Shown here in pieces: positions 10,071 through 19,351 of a stretch of DNA of 64,000 nt. The position numbers and the translations under genes are program-made. The notes beneath the pieces were generated by a model. The model ran no database searches. It saw nothing but the letters and a program-made list of their open reading frames with translations, and was not told where the DNA came from. This DNA is from a virus, in IMG/VR virus record IMGVR_UViG_3300021962_000032. One strand, 5' to 3'. Numbering within the stretch: position 1 is the stretch's first letter; the number at the start of each line of letters is the position of its first letter.

Positions 10071-10864
10071 ATTACTTTCCAGTGCTTTAAATACAGGTCT
10101 TTAGTGTCATGATCTTTACAATCACCAGCAAACCAATTTTTAGGTGCTATAACATTTATACTATCAGCTAACCAAGCCCCCCACCAACCAAAAGTGCTAT
10201 TACAAATAATGTGATGAGTACATTGAGAAAGAAGATATAAATCCATGTAGGCATCCCCAACCTCAGATACAGAAAATCTATCTTCATCGAACATCTTTTG
10301 TTGCATACACCATTCCGGATCATCCGAAAAAACATATACAGGAAGATCCTTATCAAATTCAGACAATGCCTTTTCGTAATATGAGTTTGGTTGCACTGGA
10401 TGATTTGGATTTTTCAGAAAATCATTTCTTCTTATGTGTATTCCAATGCAATCACTGTTATGCATCTCGGCAACAATTGGTTCACATGCATTTTGAATTT
10501 CTCTTTTAAATTGGAAATCTTCATTTCTCAATTCCCCCTCAATGTGCTTAAAATACTTCTGACTCTGAAAAAATCCAACATAATTAATATCTTGCTCTGG
10601 AGGATTTTCAAATAAATCCTCATCAAAATGAAAAAATCGTTCGACAAGATTTCCATAATCAGTCATCGAACGTTTACATTTAATATCAAATGCCTCATCA
10701 ATATTGCTAAAGAGATCTTGGTAATAATGCTTACCAAAAACCTCTGTCGGAGGAATACAAAATATTCTTTTATGCTTAATGGACATTGACTTTACAAATG
10801 CATATTGAAACATTTGATTTCCAAGATGCCCATTATTGCCAAGATGATTAATAGAAAAACTCAT
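10067..10864 (-). CDS. Glycosyltransferase family 11 (candidate colitosyltransferase)
   Basis: GHLGNQMFQYA, HIRRNDF and IICNSTFGWW motifs; lies directly downstream of the ColD-like gene. Confidence 0.9.
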   Translation of the reverse strand: MSFSINHLGNNGHLGNQMFQYAFVKSMSIKHKRIFCIPPTEVFGKHYYQDLFSNIDEAFDIKCKRSMTDYGNLVERFFHFDEDLFENPPEQDINYVGFFQSQKYFKHIEGELRNEDFQFKREIQNACEPIVAEMHNSDCIGIHIRRNDFLKNPNHPVQPNSYYEKALSEFDKDLPVYVFSDDPEWCMQQKMFDEDRFSVSEVGDAYMDLYLLSQCTHHIICNSTFGWWGAWLADSINVIAPKNWFAGDCKDHDTKDLYLKHWKVI

Positions 10865-10866
10865 AA

Positions 10867-12030
10867 TTACTGCAATTTACTTAAGATTTTATCAAGAAGT
10901 TTTAACTCTTTATTTCCAATAAAATGATTATTCCCCAAGTATATCCCATTCTCATGAATAGTGTCAACATCAAGATTACTCTTCATTGTTGTAATTTTAT
11001 AATGATTTAAGTATGGCTGCTTTAGTAAATTTCCACCAATTATAGGTCTATGTTCTATTCCATATATTGGACATAATGCTTTAAATTGATCGGAGATAGT
11101 TTTATCTTTAAAAATTAAAGGAAAGCAAAAACTACTTAATCTATTTGAATTAATAGGAACATAAACTTTACTGCAATGATTTGAAAGAATCTTTACAAAT
11201 TTTTCATAGTTTTCATTTCTCCGTTCAATCATACTATCAAGTCGTTTGAGTTGGGACAATCCCAATACAGCTCCCAACTCATGATTTCTAAAATTATAAC
11301 CATCAGTTACGAAAAGAAATTCTTTGTTTAAATCCGAATAAGTTTCATAATAAACATCCCTATTATCAGATTCTCTTGCTAAACCATGACTTCTCTTCAA
11401 ACGCATCATGTCATAAATTCTATGATCGTTTGTGCAGATCATTCCACCTTCAATAGTTGACATGTGATGTCCAAAGTAAAAACTAAAGGTTGCACCCAAA
11501 CTATCAGATCCAACTTTAGTTCCATCAGGATTCAGACAACCATGAGATTCACAAACATCATCAAGGAACAAAGCATTTGGAAAGATCTCTTTATACCTCT
11601 CAACTGGTGCTGGGAACCCCATCAAGTGCGTGGTAAAGACCATCTTGATATCAGAATGCTTCTGAGCAATAAACTTAAGATCTTGCTCGCAATAAGTAAA
11701 GGTATTAATGTTTACGTCACAGAATATTGGTTGGAATCCAAGTTGAAATACTGGATTGACATTGGTTACCCATGTGCAAGCAGGAACAACTACCTTATCA
11801 CCATCCCTTAGTCCATAGATTTCTTTGACTGCTGCGATCAAAAGATAGTTGGCAGTGCTTCCAGAAGAAACATAAAGAGAATACTTTGAACCAACCCACT
11901 TAGACCAAGCAGATTCAAATTCTCTAACTTTAAGTCCATTTGTAAACCTATCGGAGGTCATACAGAACTTTGCCATTCGGACTCTATCCATAAGAGTCAT
12001 GTTATCTTTCATTAATGGCCACTTATGCAT
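10867..12030 (-). CDS. colD: PLP-dependent DegT-family enzyme, ColD-like GDP-4-keto-6-deoxymannose 3-dehydratase
   Basis: VSSGSTAN, DVCESHG, FSFYFGHHMSTIEGG (His where aminotransferases have the Schiff-base Lys), GYNFR and RPIIGGN. Lacks the Cys cluster of RfbH/E1. Confidence 0.75.
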   Translation of the reverse strand: MHKWPLMKDNMTLMDRVRMAKFCMTSDRFTNGLKVREFESAWSKWVGSKYSLYVSSGSTANYLLIAAVKEIYGLRDGDKVVVPACTWVTNVNPVFQLGFQPIFCDVNINTFTYCEQDLKFIAQKHSDIKMVFTTHLMGFPAPVERYKEIFPNALFLDDVCESHGCLNPDGTKVGSDSLGATFSFYFGHHMSTIEGGMICTNDHRIYDMMRLKRSHGLARESDNRDVYYETYSDLNKEFLFVTDGYNFRNHELGAVLGLSQLKRLDSMIERRNENYEKFVKILSNHCSKVYVPINSNRLSSFCFPLIFKDKTISDQFKALCPIYGIEHRPIIGGNLLKQPYLNHYKITTMKSNLDVDTIHENGIYLGNNHFIGNKELKLLDKILSKLQ

Positions 12031-12952
12031 TGCAATTCTCCAAATACCAATTATAAGTTTTTTCTAAACCTTCTTCCAGTTCTATAGAATGTTTCCATCC
12101 AAGATTATATAGTTTATCCACATTTAAAAGTTTTCTTGGAGTTCCATTGGGTTTGGTTGTATCCCAAGCAATGTCCCCTTCATATCCAACAACCTTAGCA
12201 ATAGTTTTTGCCAATTCTTTAATTGTAATATCTTTGCCAGTACCAACATTAATAATTTCTGGTCTATCGTAATTTTCCATAAGAAAAAGGCAGGCATCCG
12301 CAAGATCATCTACATGTAAAAATTCCCTGAAAGGTGATCCATCTCCCCACATAAGAGGAATTTCACCAGATTCTTTTGCCTTATGAAACTTAGTAATAAA
12401 TCCAGGAAGAACGTGAGAGGTCTCTGGATTAAAGTTATCATTAGGCCCATAAAGATTTGTTGGCATTAATGAAATAGCATTAAACCCATATTGCTCAGTA
12501 TATGCTTGACACATTTTAATTCCTGCAATTTTAGCAAGAGCATATCCATCATTTGTCGGTTCAAGAGGACCCGTCATCAACTGATCTTCAGTAATTGGTT
12601 GAGTTGCAAACTTAGGATAGATACAAGAAGAACCAAGAAACAGAAGTTTCTTAACACCAAAGTTATAAGAACTTTGAATAATATTGGTTTGGATTTGAAG
12701 ATTCTCAGTTAAAAAATCTGCCTTATAGTTTTTATTCGCCATAATGCCACCAACTCTAGCGGCAGCAAGAAAAACATATTCGGGTTCTTCTGAGCACAAA
12801 TACCTTTCAGTTTCATCTTGATCTGTGAAATCTACATCATCCCTAGTTCCTTTGATGATGTTTGTATATCCATTTTTTTCAAGATTTCTAACAATTGCTC
12901 TGCCAACCATTCCATAAGCACCAGCAACTAAAATTTTAGAATCATGTTTCAT
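12023..12952 (-). CDS. fcl: GDP-L-fucose synthase / GDP-colitose synthase (Fcl/WcaG/ColC family)
   Basis: GAYGMVG, AARVGGI, LGSSCIYP, YALAK, MPTNLYGP and REFLHVDD motifs. Confidence 0.92.
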   Translation of the reverse strand: MKHDSKILVAGAYGMVGRAIVRNLEKNGYTNIIKGTRDDVDFTDQDETERYLCSEEPEYVFLAAARVGGIMANKNYKADFLTENLQIQTNIIQSSYNFGVKKLLFLGSSCIYPKFATQPITEDQLMTGPLEPTNDGYALAKIAGIKMCQAYTEQYGFNAISLMPTNLYGPNDNFNPETSHVLPGFITKFHKAKESGEIPLMWGDGSPFREFLHVDDLADACLFLMENYDRPEIINVGTGKDITIKELAKTIAKVVGYEGDIAWDTTKPNGTPRKLLNVDKLYNLGWKHSIELEEGLEKTYNWYLENCNA

Positions 12953-13572
12953 TTTAAACTCCAATTTTCCCAAACCCAATTAAAGCACCAATCTTGACTA
13001 TGCGTTTTAGATAATTTTCTTCGTATATCAAGTAGCATCTTTTCAGAATTTTCATTTATATTATGGAATTGAATTTGAAAATTATTAATTTTAGTAGTTA
13101 AATTGTTATCAAATATATTTTGCATAATATCATATTCTGCACCTTCAACATTAATCTTTAGCAAATCAATATTATCAACTCCAGTTTCATCATAGGCATC
13201 GTTAAAAGATTTAATTTTTACCTTTTCAATAACTAAGTTATCTACATTTTCAATGGATCTTGGAGATACCAAATAAGATGCGTCATCAGATATAGCTAAT
13301 TCAAGTTCTTCTGTTTTTCCACCAACTCCATAATCAAATACTCTAATTTTTTCATTATTTTCAAATTTACTTTTAATTAAAGAAGAAAATTTTGGCAAAG
13401 GTTCAAAGACATAAATGTTAGATTTATATTTTGAATATATTTTATTAGAGTAATCTCCTTCATATCCACCCAAATCAAAAACAACCGAATTTGAATTTAG
13501 TCGATATGAAATTCTGAGGGTTTTATCCCCTTCGGCTGCCCACCATTCATCAATTTCCTGTCTCATTTTCAC
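12949..13572 (-). CDS. FkbM-family methyltransferase
   Basis: [14 protein letters not shown] and [11 protein letters not shown] motifs. Confidence 0.85.
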   Translation of the reverse strand: MKMRQEIDEWWAAEGDKTLRISYRLNSNSVVFDLGGYEGDYSNKIYSKYKSNIYVFEPLPKFSSLIKSKFENNEKIRVFDYGVGGKTEELELAISDDASYLVSPRSIENVDNLVIEKVKIKSFNDAYDETGVDNIDLLKINVEGAEYDIMQNIFDNNLTTKINNFQIQFHNINENSEKMLLDIRRKLSKTHSQDWCFNWVWENWSLK

Positions 13573-14563
13573 ACATCTCCTTTACAAGTTCATCAAAAGA
13601 AATCTTAGGCTCCCATCCAAGTTTCTGTTTTGCCTTAGTAGCATCACCCAATAAGGTCTCTACTTCAGCAGGTCGAAAATATTTAGGATCCACAATTACA
13701 CGTACTAATCCAGAATTCTTATCAATTCCAATTTCATTACCATAAACATCAACCTGCCATTCAATATCCATTCCAAAGTAAGGTGCTGATCTCTCTACAA
13801 ATTCACGAACCGAGTACTGTTTTCCAGTAGCAATCACGAAGTCATCAGGTTCATCTTGTTGAAGCATTAACCACATTGCCTCAACATAATCTTTTGCGTG
13901 TCCCCAATCACGAAGAGCATTCAGATTACCCAGTTTAAGCACCGTTTGCTTACCCTCAGACATTGCTTTGAAACCTCTGGTAATCTTACGAGTAACAAAT
14001 GTTTCCCCACGACGAGGAGATTCATGATTAAAAAGAATCCCCGTGCAAGCATACATTCCATATGCCTCACGATAGTTTTTGACAATCCAATAACCATAGA
14101 TCTTAGCAACACCATAAGGACTCCTGGGATAGAAAGGAGTTGTTTCTGTTTGAGGAATCTCTTGAACCTTGCCGTAAAGTTCTGAAGTAGATGCCTGATA
14201 GATACGAACATCATTCTCCATTCCAAGAATACGAACTGCCTCAAGAATGCGAAGTGTTCCAAGGGAATCAACTTGCCCAGTATATTCAGGTATTTCAAAA
14301 GATACCTTTACATGACTCTGGGCACCAAGATTATAAATCTCATTTGGTTTAACTTTCTGAATTACCCTTATAAGATTGGTAGAATCAGTAAGGTCACCGT
14401 AATGGAGATGAATAAAATTATAGATGTGGTCAATACGATGAGTGTTAATAAGGGATGCTCTCCTGATAATCCCATGAACCTCATAACCTTTTTCAAGCAA
14501 TAGTTCAGCGAGATACGATCCATCTTGCCCCGTGATTCCTGTAATTAGTGCAATTTTTTTCAT
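13550..14563 (-). CDS. gmd: GDP-mannose 4,6-dehydratase
   Basis: [35 protein letters not shown] and [16 protein letters not shown] motifs. Confidence 0.97.
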   Translation of the reverse strand: MKKIALITGITGQDGSYLAELLLEKGYEVHGIIRRASLINTHRIDHIYNFIHLHYGDLTDSTNLIRVIQKVKPNEIYNLGAQSHVKVSFEIPEYTGQVDSLGTLRILEAVRILGMENDVRIYQASTSELYGKVQEIPQTETTPFYPRSPYGVAKIYGYWIVKNYREAYGMYACTGILFNHESPRRGETFVTRKITRGFKAMSEGKQTVLKLGNLNALRDWGHAKDYVEAMWLMLQQDEPDDFVIATGKQYSVREFVERSAPYFGMDIEWQVDVYGNEIGIDKNSGLVRVIVDPKYFRPAEVETLLGDATKAKQKLGWEPKISFDELVKEMCENETGN

Positions 14564-14564
14564 A

Positions 14565-14936
14565 TCAAATTCTTCCAAAATCATCTTCCAATCTAACTAT
14601 GTCTTCTTCTTTACAAATTCCTCTTTGGATTTCTATAAAAACCAATCCATCATTTCCTGATGTTGCCCTATGTATATTTTTAGGGGGGATGTGAAATCTA
14701 TCCCCCAACGCACAGTTTCTGATTTTAAATCCATCATTAATTACACCAGAACCCTCAACAATAACCCAATCTTCCCATCTATAATTATGATATTGAAGAG
14801 AGAATGATTTATTTGGATTTAAAGTTATTTTTTTTACTTTATAAGTTTCAGATTCAACTAAAGTTTCAAAAGAACCCCACGGCCTTTCTTCATGCATAAA
14901 TTTATTCTCAACTATAAACTCTTTCAAGATCCTCAT
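14565..14936 (-). CDS. Mannose-6-phosphate isomerase type II cupin domain
   Basis: ERPWG, KVKKI, SLQYH..R.E.W, IEIQ.G and [13 protein letters not shown] motifs; true start uncertain. Confidence 0.85.
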   Translation of the reverse strand: MRILKEFIVENKFMHEERPWGSFETLVESETYKVKKITLNPNKSFSLQYHNYRWEDWVIVEGSGVINDGFKIRNCALGDRFHIPPKNIHRATSGNDGLVFIEIQRGICKEEDIVRLEDDFGRI

Positions 14937-15120
14937 TTAAACAATCAATTAAAATTTCATAATCATCCAAAGGATCTCCGGAGAAAACTACACCTTCATT
15001 TTCATAAAATCTACGAAGTTTTTTAAACAATTTTGGATTTTTAACATCCAAATATATTTCACCAGAAGCTGCCGACTTTAAGGTGCTGATGTCTTTTTTA
15101 AATTTTTCCGCAATAGTCAT
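14908..15120 (-). CDS. Conserved small cyanophage/cyanobacterial hypothetical protein
   Basis: LDVKNPKLFKK...FSGDPLDDYE; first gene after a sigma70-type promoter. Confidence 0.7.
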   Translation of the reverse strand: MTIAEKFKKDISTLKSAASGEIYLDVKNPKLFKKLRRFYENEGVVFSGDPLDDYEILIDCLNEDLERVYS

Positions 15121-15154
15121 TTTAACTCAGATTTACAATTATAGAGTAACTGCA

Positions 15155-15183
15155 ATTATACAGCGATCCAAATAAAAAATCAA
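15155..15183 (-). promoter_or_regulatory. Host sigma70-type promoter at the head of the glycan island
   Basis: TTGATT-N17-TATAAT on the minus strand. Confidence 0.65.
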
Positions 15184-15722
15184 GCAAGGGTCACGGTAAC
15201 AGTTCCACCCCTTCTCCATGCAATTGGATATTTATTATCGTAGTCATATACAACAGTCCAATAATTACTGCTAACTGGTAAAGCACCAGCATCTCTCAAC
15301 TGAGCCCAAGTTGCAGCAGCACTATTATTAGATATTCCAGAAAGAATATTTTGAGCAGTTCCATTTCCTTGATCATACCAAAGATCAAAAGAATATCCCG
15401 TTGATGGATGAGAACTAGTATTTTGTGATCTCCAAGAAAGGTACTCACATAAAGTTGCGTTAGTAAACGGTGATATAATTCCTGCCTTTGTTCCCACAAA
15501 AGCAGTTCCACTCTCGTAAGTAGGAACCCAACCACTTCCTGGACCTATAACAACATTACCATTAGCAATATCTCTTGTTAATACTTGGGTTATGGTTTTT
15601 CCTTGTATAGTATCCAAAGATCCAACAGGACCAGTTCCTAATATTCCAGTAAAAGTCATTTCAACTCGGAACAATGTACCTATTGCACCAGATCCACCAA
15701 ATGTAAAGGTTGCGGTAGCCAT
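15180..15722 (-). CDS. Hypothetical Gly/Thr-rich protein, probably late-expressed
   Basis: 180-aa ORF preceded by a GATAAATA late-promoter motif overlapping the gnd stop. Confidence 0.65.
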   Translation of the reverse strand: MATATFTFGGSGAIGTLFRVEMTFTGILGTGPVGSLDTIQGKTITQVLTRDIANGNVVIGPGSGWVPTYESGTAFVGTKAGIISPFTNATLCEYLSWRSQNTSSHPSTGYSFDLWYDQGNGTAQNILSGISNNSAAATWAQLRDAGALPVSSNYWTVVYDYDNKYPIAWRRGGTVTVTLA

Positions 15723-15756
15723 TTTATTATTAAGTAATTACTTTTGTTTTATTTAT

Positions 15757-16788
15757 TTATCTAACGTGATGTCCCCCAAACATATACCTCATACCGTTTA
15801 AAACCTTGGCAGCGAAAGTACCCAGATTGCGACTATTAAATCTTTCATAAAGCGCAGTGGTAATGACAGGAGCGGGAACCCCCAGATCCACAGCAGCATT
15901 AACCGTCCACCGACCCTCACCGCTGTCGGATACCCCTCCAGAGAACTTAGAAAGTCCCTTGTCACTCCGTAGCACAGCAGCAGTAAGATCGAGTAACCAA
16001 CTGCCAACCACACTACCACGACGCCATAACTCAGCAACCTCAGAAACGTCAATATCATAGCAATAACTTTCTGGATCTGCCATTGGAGCAACTTCTGCAT
16101 CTCCCTCTCTGACATATTGTGCTCCGTTGTTGGCATTCTTGATGATGTTGAATCCTTCGGCATATGCCTGCATAATACCATATTCAATACCATTATGCAC
16201 CATCTTCACAAAATGTCCTGCTCCTGGACCACCACAATGCAACCAACCATGCTCTGCAGATGTTATGTCCGTGTCATGCTCAGTCCTTGGGGCAGAGTTG
16301 ATTCCTGGGGCAAGGGCATTAAAAATGCGCGAACAAGTGGCGACTGCAGTATTTCCGCCCCCAACCATAAGACAGTATCCACGATCCAGACCGTAAACAC
16401 CCCCAGAAGTGCCACAATCAATATATTGGATACCCATCTTTGCCAGACGTTCTGCTCTTTTCCGACTGTCTTTAAAATTGCTATTGCCATGATCAATAAT
16501 AATATCTCCTTCACCACAATATCGTAGTAACTCATTGATTGTCTCCTCTACTGTTTCTGCTGGAACAACCATTTGAAAAATTCCTGGTTGTTCCATTCCC
16601 TTATTACTTTTAACTACTTTAACAAGATTTTCGATGCTTGTAGAAATTCCAGAAACATATCCTTTCTCATATGCCTCATTTGCTTTTTCATAATTTCTAC
16701 GATATCCCCAAACTTCGATACCTGCTTTCATCATACGACGGGACATTCCTTCTCCCATCCGACCCAATCCAATTAATCCTACTTTCAT
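15757..16788 (-). CDS. gnd: 6-phosphogluconate dehydrogenase (decarboxylating, short form)
   Basis: GLIGLGRMG, DHGNS, DCGTSGG, GHFVKMVHNGIEY, DSGEGRW and FGGH motifs. Confidence 0.97.
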   Translation of the reverse strand: MKVGLIGLGRMGEGMSRRMMKAGIEVWGYRRNYEKANEAYEKGYVSGISTSIENLVKVVKSNKGMEQPGIFQMVVPAETVEETINELLRYCGEGDIIIDHGNSNFKDSRKRAERLAKMGIQYIDCGTSGGVYGLDRGYCLMVGGGNTAVATCSRIFNALAPGINSAPRTEHDTDITSAEHGWLHCGGPGAGHFVKMVHNGIEYGIMQAYAEGFNIIKNANNGAQYVREGDAEVAPMADPESYCYDIDVSEVAELWRRGSVVGSWLLDLTAAVLRSDKGLSKFSGGVSDSGEGRWTVNAAVDLGVPAPVITTALYERFNSRNLGTFAAKVLNGMRYMFGGHHVR

Positions 16789-16995
16789 CTAACCCTCCCA
16801 GGTTTCGTAAATATTTTTAAAATAAACATCAACTTTATTTAAATCATCTAAATGAATGTCACAAGTATAGTTATGATCATCGCACCACTGCAATGCAATC
16901 TCATGAAATTTTTGTTCTGCCATGACTTTTTCAACTCCATAGGTTCTTGCAAATGAAGACATTATAAAGTCCCAGCATTGCCGTTTACCTTTCAT
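16789..16995 (-). CDS. Hypothetical protein
   Basis: 68-aa ORF tiling the gene array with an ATGA overlap. Confidence 0.65.
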   Translation of the reverse strand: MKGKRQCWDFIMSSFARTYGVEKVMAEQKFHEIALQWCDDHNYTCDIHLDDLNKVDVYFKNIYETWEG

Positions 16996-17135
16996 TGATT
17001 TTCTATCTCTTTAAGATAATCAATCCACCATTGTGGATCTTTTTGCATTTTCCAATTTGGAACTTCTAATCCTCTCTCAAAATACCATTTCCAAATTGCC
17101 TCATCTATTATTTCAGAAACTTCAATCCGCTTCAT
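16992..17135 (-). CDS. Hypothetical protein
   Basis: Likely start MKRIEVSEIIDEAIWKWY; tiles between its neighbours. Confidence 0.6.
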   Translation of the reverse strand: MKRIEVSEIIDEAIWKWYFERGLEVPNWKMQKDPQWWIDYLKEIENQ

Positions 17136-17313
17136 CCTCTTCATCAACATCTCCATATGCGTTTTCCACATAGGGTCCGTGTGGTCGTTTGGCATCTTCT
17201 CTGACATAATTGACTTCGGATACGCTAGATGACAACCATAAAGACACTTTCATAATTATGTAGATAACTGCAAGAGGTAAGAAGCAGAGAGAAAGAATAA
17301 TTGCATGATTCAT
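17122..17313 (-). CDS. Small membrane protein
   Basis: N-terminal hydrophobic helix and acidic tail. Confidence 0.65.
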   Translation of the reverse strand: MNHAIILSLCFLPLAVIYIIMKVSLWLSSSVSEVNYVREDAKRPHGPYVENAYGDVDEEDEAD

Positions 17314-17510
17314 TCTTCAATCTCCCAACATTTTTCAAATTTATACCTTAGTTCATTGATTTTCATTTCTTCCATAAAGGTTAAAATGTGCTGATTGATT
17401 TCTCTTTCTTCTTGAGTAAAATCTAACCTATATTTATTTTTTAGAGAAATAATTCTAGCCATGTCATCAACAAAGCTAGTTGGCATATCTAAAAACTGCT
17501 CGTAGGTCAT
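17310..17510 (-). CDS. Hypothetical protein
   Basis: ATGA overlaps on both sides. Confidence 0.65.
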   Translation of the reverse strand: MTYEQFLDMPTSFVDDMARIISLKNKYRLDFTQEEREINQHILTFMEEMKINELRYKFEKCWEIEE

Positions 17511-17758
17511 ATAAGTTTTTGTTCCTTTAGATATTGAAGAGTTTCTTTAAGGCCACCAATATGCTTATATCCAATTGCAACCTGAGGGAATGACGCATTC
17601 ATACCAAATTCAGATTCAAATTGCTTTTTATTAAAATCTTTTTGATATTTATATTCCAAATAAGAAATTTTAACACTATCCAAGAGCATTCTTGCTCTTT
17701 CGCATTCTTGACAATTATCTTTGGAATACAGCACTGCTTGCATTAAATTAGGTTCCAT
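17507..17758 (-). CDS. Glutaredoxin (NrdC-like)
   Basis: YSKDNCQEC (CxxC), SFPQV and HIGG motifs. Confidence 0.88.
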   Translation of the reverse strand: MEPNLMQAVLYSKDNCQECERARMLLDSVKISYLEYKYQKDFNKKQFESEFGMNASFPQVAIGYKHIGGLKETLQYLKEQKLI

Positions 17759-17760
17759 AC

Positions 17761-17895
17761 TTATTTGTGATTATATCTCTCAGGATGTTTCATACTATCT
17801 ATCATAAAATAAGTTAGTGGTGCAGTGATAAATCCACTAATAACAATCATAATATATGTGTGATTTGAAAGCCAATGTGCAAATACTTTAATCAT
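17761..17895 (-). CDS. Small membrane protein, 44 aa (not in ORF track)
   Basis: Hand translation MIKVFAHWLSNHTYIMIVISGFITAPLTYFMIDSMKHPERYNHK fills the gap exactly. Confidence 0.6.
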   Translation of the reverse strand: MIKVFAHWLSNHTYIMIVISGFITAPLTYFMIDSMKHPERYNHK

Positions 17896-18118
17896 CTTTC
17901 GGAAAGTCGTTTTCTAAATCTTGTTGCCTTTTTGCCCATGTAGTTCCACCTTCTTGCCCTCTACATGGATTAACACAGGTATCATCCCCAAGATTATTGC
18001 AGACAAGACCCGCAAGGTCTAATTCATTTCCAGGTTTTCCAGTTGCCCAAACGTGCTTCCCGTTCAACCAAACAGCACCGCATTTAGGGCAACTTTTAGT
18101 GGTAAGTTCATTTTCCAT
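17888..18118 (-). CDS. Cys-rich conserved cyanophage protein
   Basis: CPKCGAVW..H.W, LDLAGLVCN and CVNPC motifs. Confidence 0.7.
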   Translation of the reverse strand: MENELTTKSCPKCGAVWLNGKHVWATGKPGNELDLAGLVCNNLGDDTCVNPCRGQEGGTTWAKRQQDLENDFPKDD

Positions 18119-18326
18119 TGAATTCTTTCTCCCAATTTTTTTGAGGTAAATTTAAATCTCTTTGAAGTTTTCTTTGCATTCTTTTCATTTGAATCTTAAT
18201 GAAAAAGTACCTCAATTGAAGATCGAGATAAGTAAATAACTTTAAAGTTTCATCGACTCCAGCATATGCAATTAATATTCCCAGAATAATCAATAGAAAA
18301 TATAGACCTATAAAATTGTCGGGCAT
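18108..18326 (-). CDS. Small membrane protein
   Basis: Hydrophobic N-terminus and basic C-terminus. Confidence 0.6.
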   Translation of the reverse strand: MPDNFIGLYFLLIILGILIAYAGVDETLKLFTYLDLQLRYFFIKIQMKRMQRKLQRDLNLPQKNWEKEFNGK

Positions 18327-18355
18327 AAAAAACTCCCCAGTTAAGTGTTCATGTA

Positions 18356-18640
18356 TCAAGTATCATCATCCAGTTCATCTTCATATGTAGATGGTTCTTC
18401 AAATAGTTCATCGAGTTTTTGCTTTTGAATTCTTTCTGAAAGTTCAGAATAATCTTCATCGGTAAATCTTACTACCATTAGCAAATCTCCTTTTTTAACT
18501 CCTTTCATTTCTGGATGATTTTTAACTTTAGGATTCTGTTGATATCCATGAAGTTCTCTCATAATAATAACGCCATGAATAAACATTGATAGTATAATCA
18601 GTAACAAAACAAGAAAGGGCAAGTAATAACGGAAATCCAT
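18356..18640 (-). CDS. Membrane-anchored hypothetical protein (DUF2973-like)
   Basis: TM helix followed by HPEM...GDLLMVVRF. Confidence 0.65.
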   Translation of the reverse strand: MDFRYYLPFLVLLLIILSMFIHGVIIMRELHGYQQNPKVKNHPEMKGVKKGDLLMVVRFTDEDYSELSERIQKQKLDELFEEPSTYEDELDDDT

Positions 18641-18645
18641 TATAC

Positions 18646-18795
18646 TTACCCAGAAATTCTATTTACGATACAAACTACGCCATGGGCATAGAAGAAAAGA
18701 AGAACAGATCCTATACAGGCACTTATCAAAGTTGCAGTTTTATTATGCTTATCAATAGCCTTATCAATAAGTTTTTGAACTTCTGATTCGTTCAT
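18646..18795 (-). CDS. Small membrane protein, 49 aa (not in ORF track)
   Basis: Hand translation MNESEVQKLIDKAIDKHNKTATLISACIGSVLLFFYAHGVVCIVNRISG; TATAAT box upstream. Confidence 0.65.
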   Translation of the reverse strand: MNESEVQKLIDKAIDKHNKTATLISACIGSVLLFFYAHGVVCIVNRISG

Positions 18796-18894
18796 TTAAA
18801 CACTCAATAAACGTCATTATAATAGTTATAAAATATTTGACTTCAAAAGTCAACTTTATGTGAATTTCAACAACATGATTAAGTAATTATTAAA

Positions 18895-18979
18895 CGGAGA
18901 GGGTGGGATTTGAACCCACGGATGCTTTCACATCGCTGGTTTTCAAGACCAGTGCCATAAACCACTCGACCACCTCTCC
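18895..18979 (-). tRNA. tRNA-Ser (anticodon TGA)
   Basis: GGAGAGG acceptor stem, CTGGT-CT-TGA-AA-ACCAG anticodon arm, long variable arm, GTTCAAATC T-loop. Confidence 0.95.
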
Positions 18980-18984
18980 AAGAT

Positions 18985-19236
18985 TTAACGGATTTCAAAA
19001 TCCAATTTACGAACTTTTCGTGCTTTTCTTGCTTCTTGGAATGCAAGATCCTGATCGGACAACAATCTTTGTTCTTTTTTTGAAGGTTTTGCACCATTGA
19101 TCATAACCACTTGTGTTAAATCAACAGCAGAAACTTTGTCATCACGAACTTCCATTTTATTGGAACATCCGCAAACCTGTATTTTTGGTGAACTTATTAT
19201 TTCCGTATTGCAGGACTTGCATCTAACAACTAACAT
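18985..19236 (-). CDS. Small zinc-ribbon-like protein
   Basis: CKSC...CGC motif; sits between two tRNAs. Confidence 0.7.
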   Translation of the reverse strand: MLVVRCKSCNTEIISSPKIQVCGCSNKMEVRDDKVSAVDLTQVVMINGAKPSKKEQRLLSDQDLAFQEARKARKVRKLDFEIR

Positions 19237-19277
19237 TTTACTAATATCTTAACATTATATTCATATCTTATATATGA

Positions 19278-19349
19278 TGGGAAATGTCGGACTTGAACCA
19301 ACGACTTACTGCGTGTAAAGCAGTCACTCTACCACTGAGTTAATCTCCC
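19278..19349 (-). tRNA. tRNA-Val (anticodon TAC)
   Basis: Cloverleaf with CTGC-TT-TAC-AC-GCAG and a GTTCAAGTC T-loop. Confidence 0.93.
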
Positions 19350-19351
19350 GA

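Noticed and set aside
10867-12030. Perosamine synthase or RfbH/E1 assignment
   Set aside because: It lacks the Schiff-base Lys needed for a simple aminotransferase and the Cys cluster of E1; neighbouring genes are GDP-sugar enzymes
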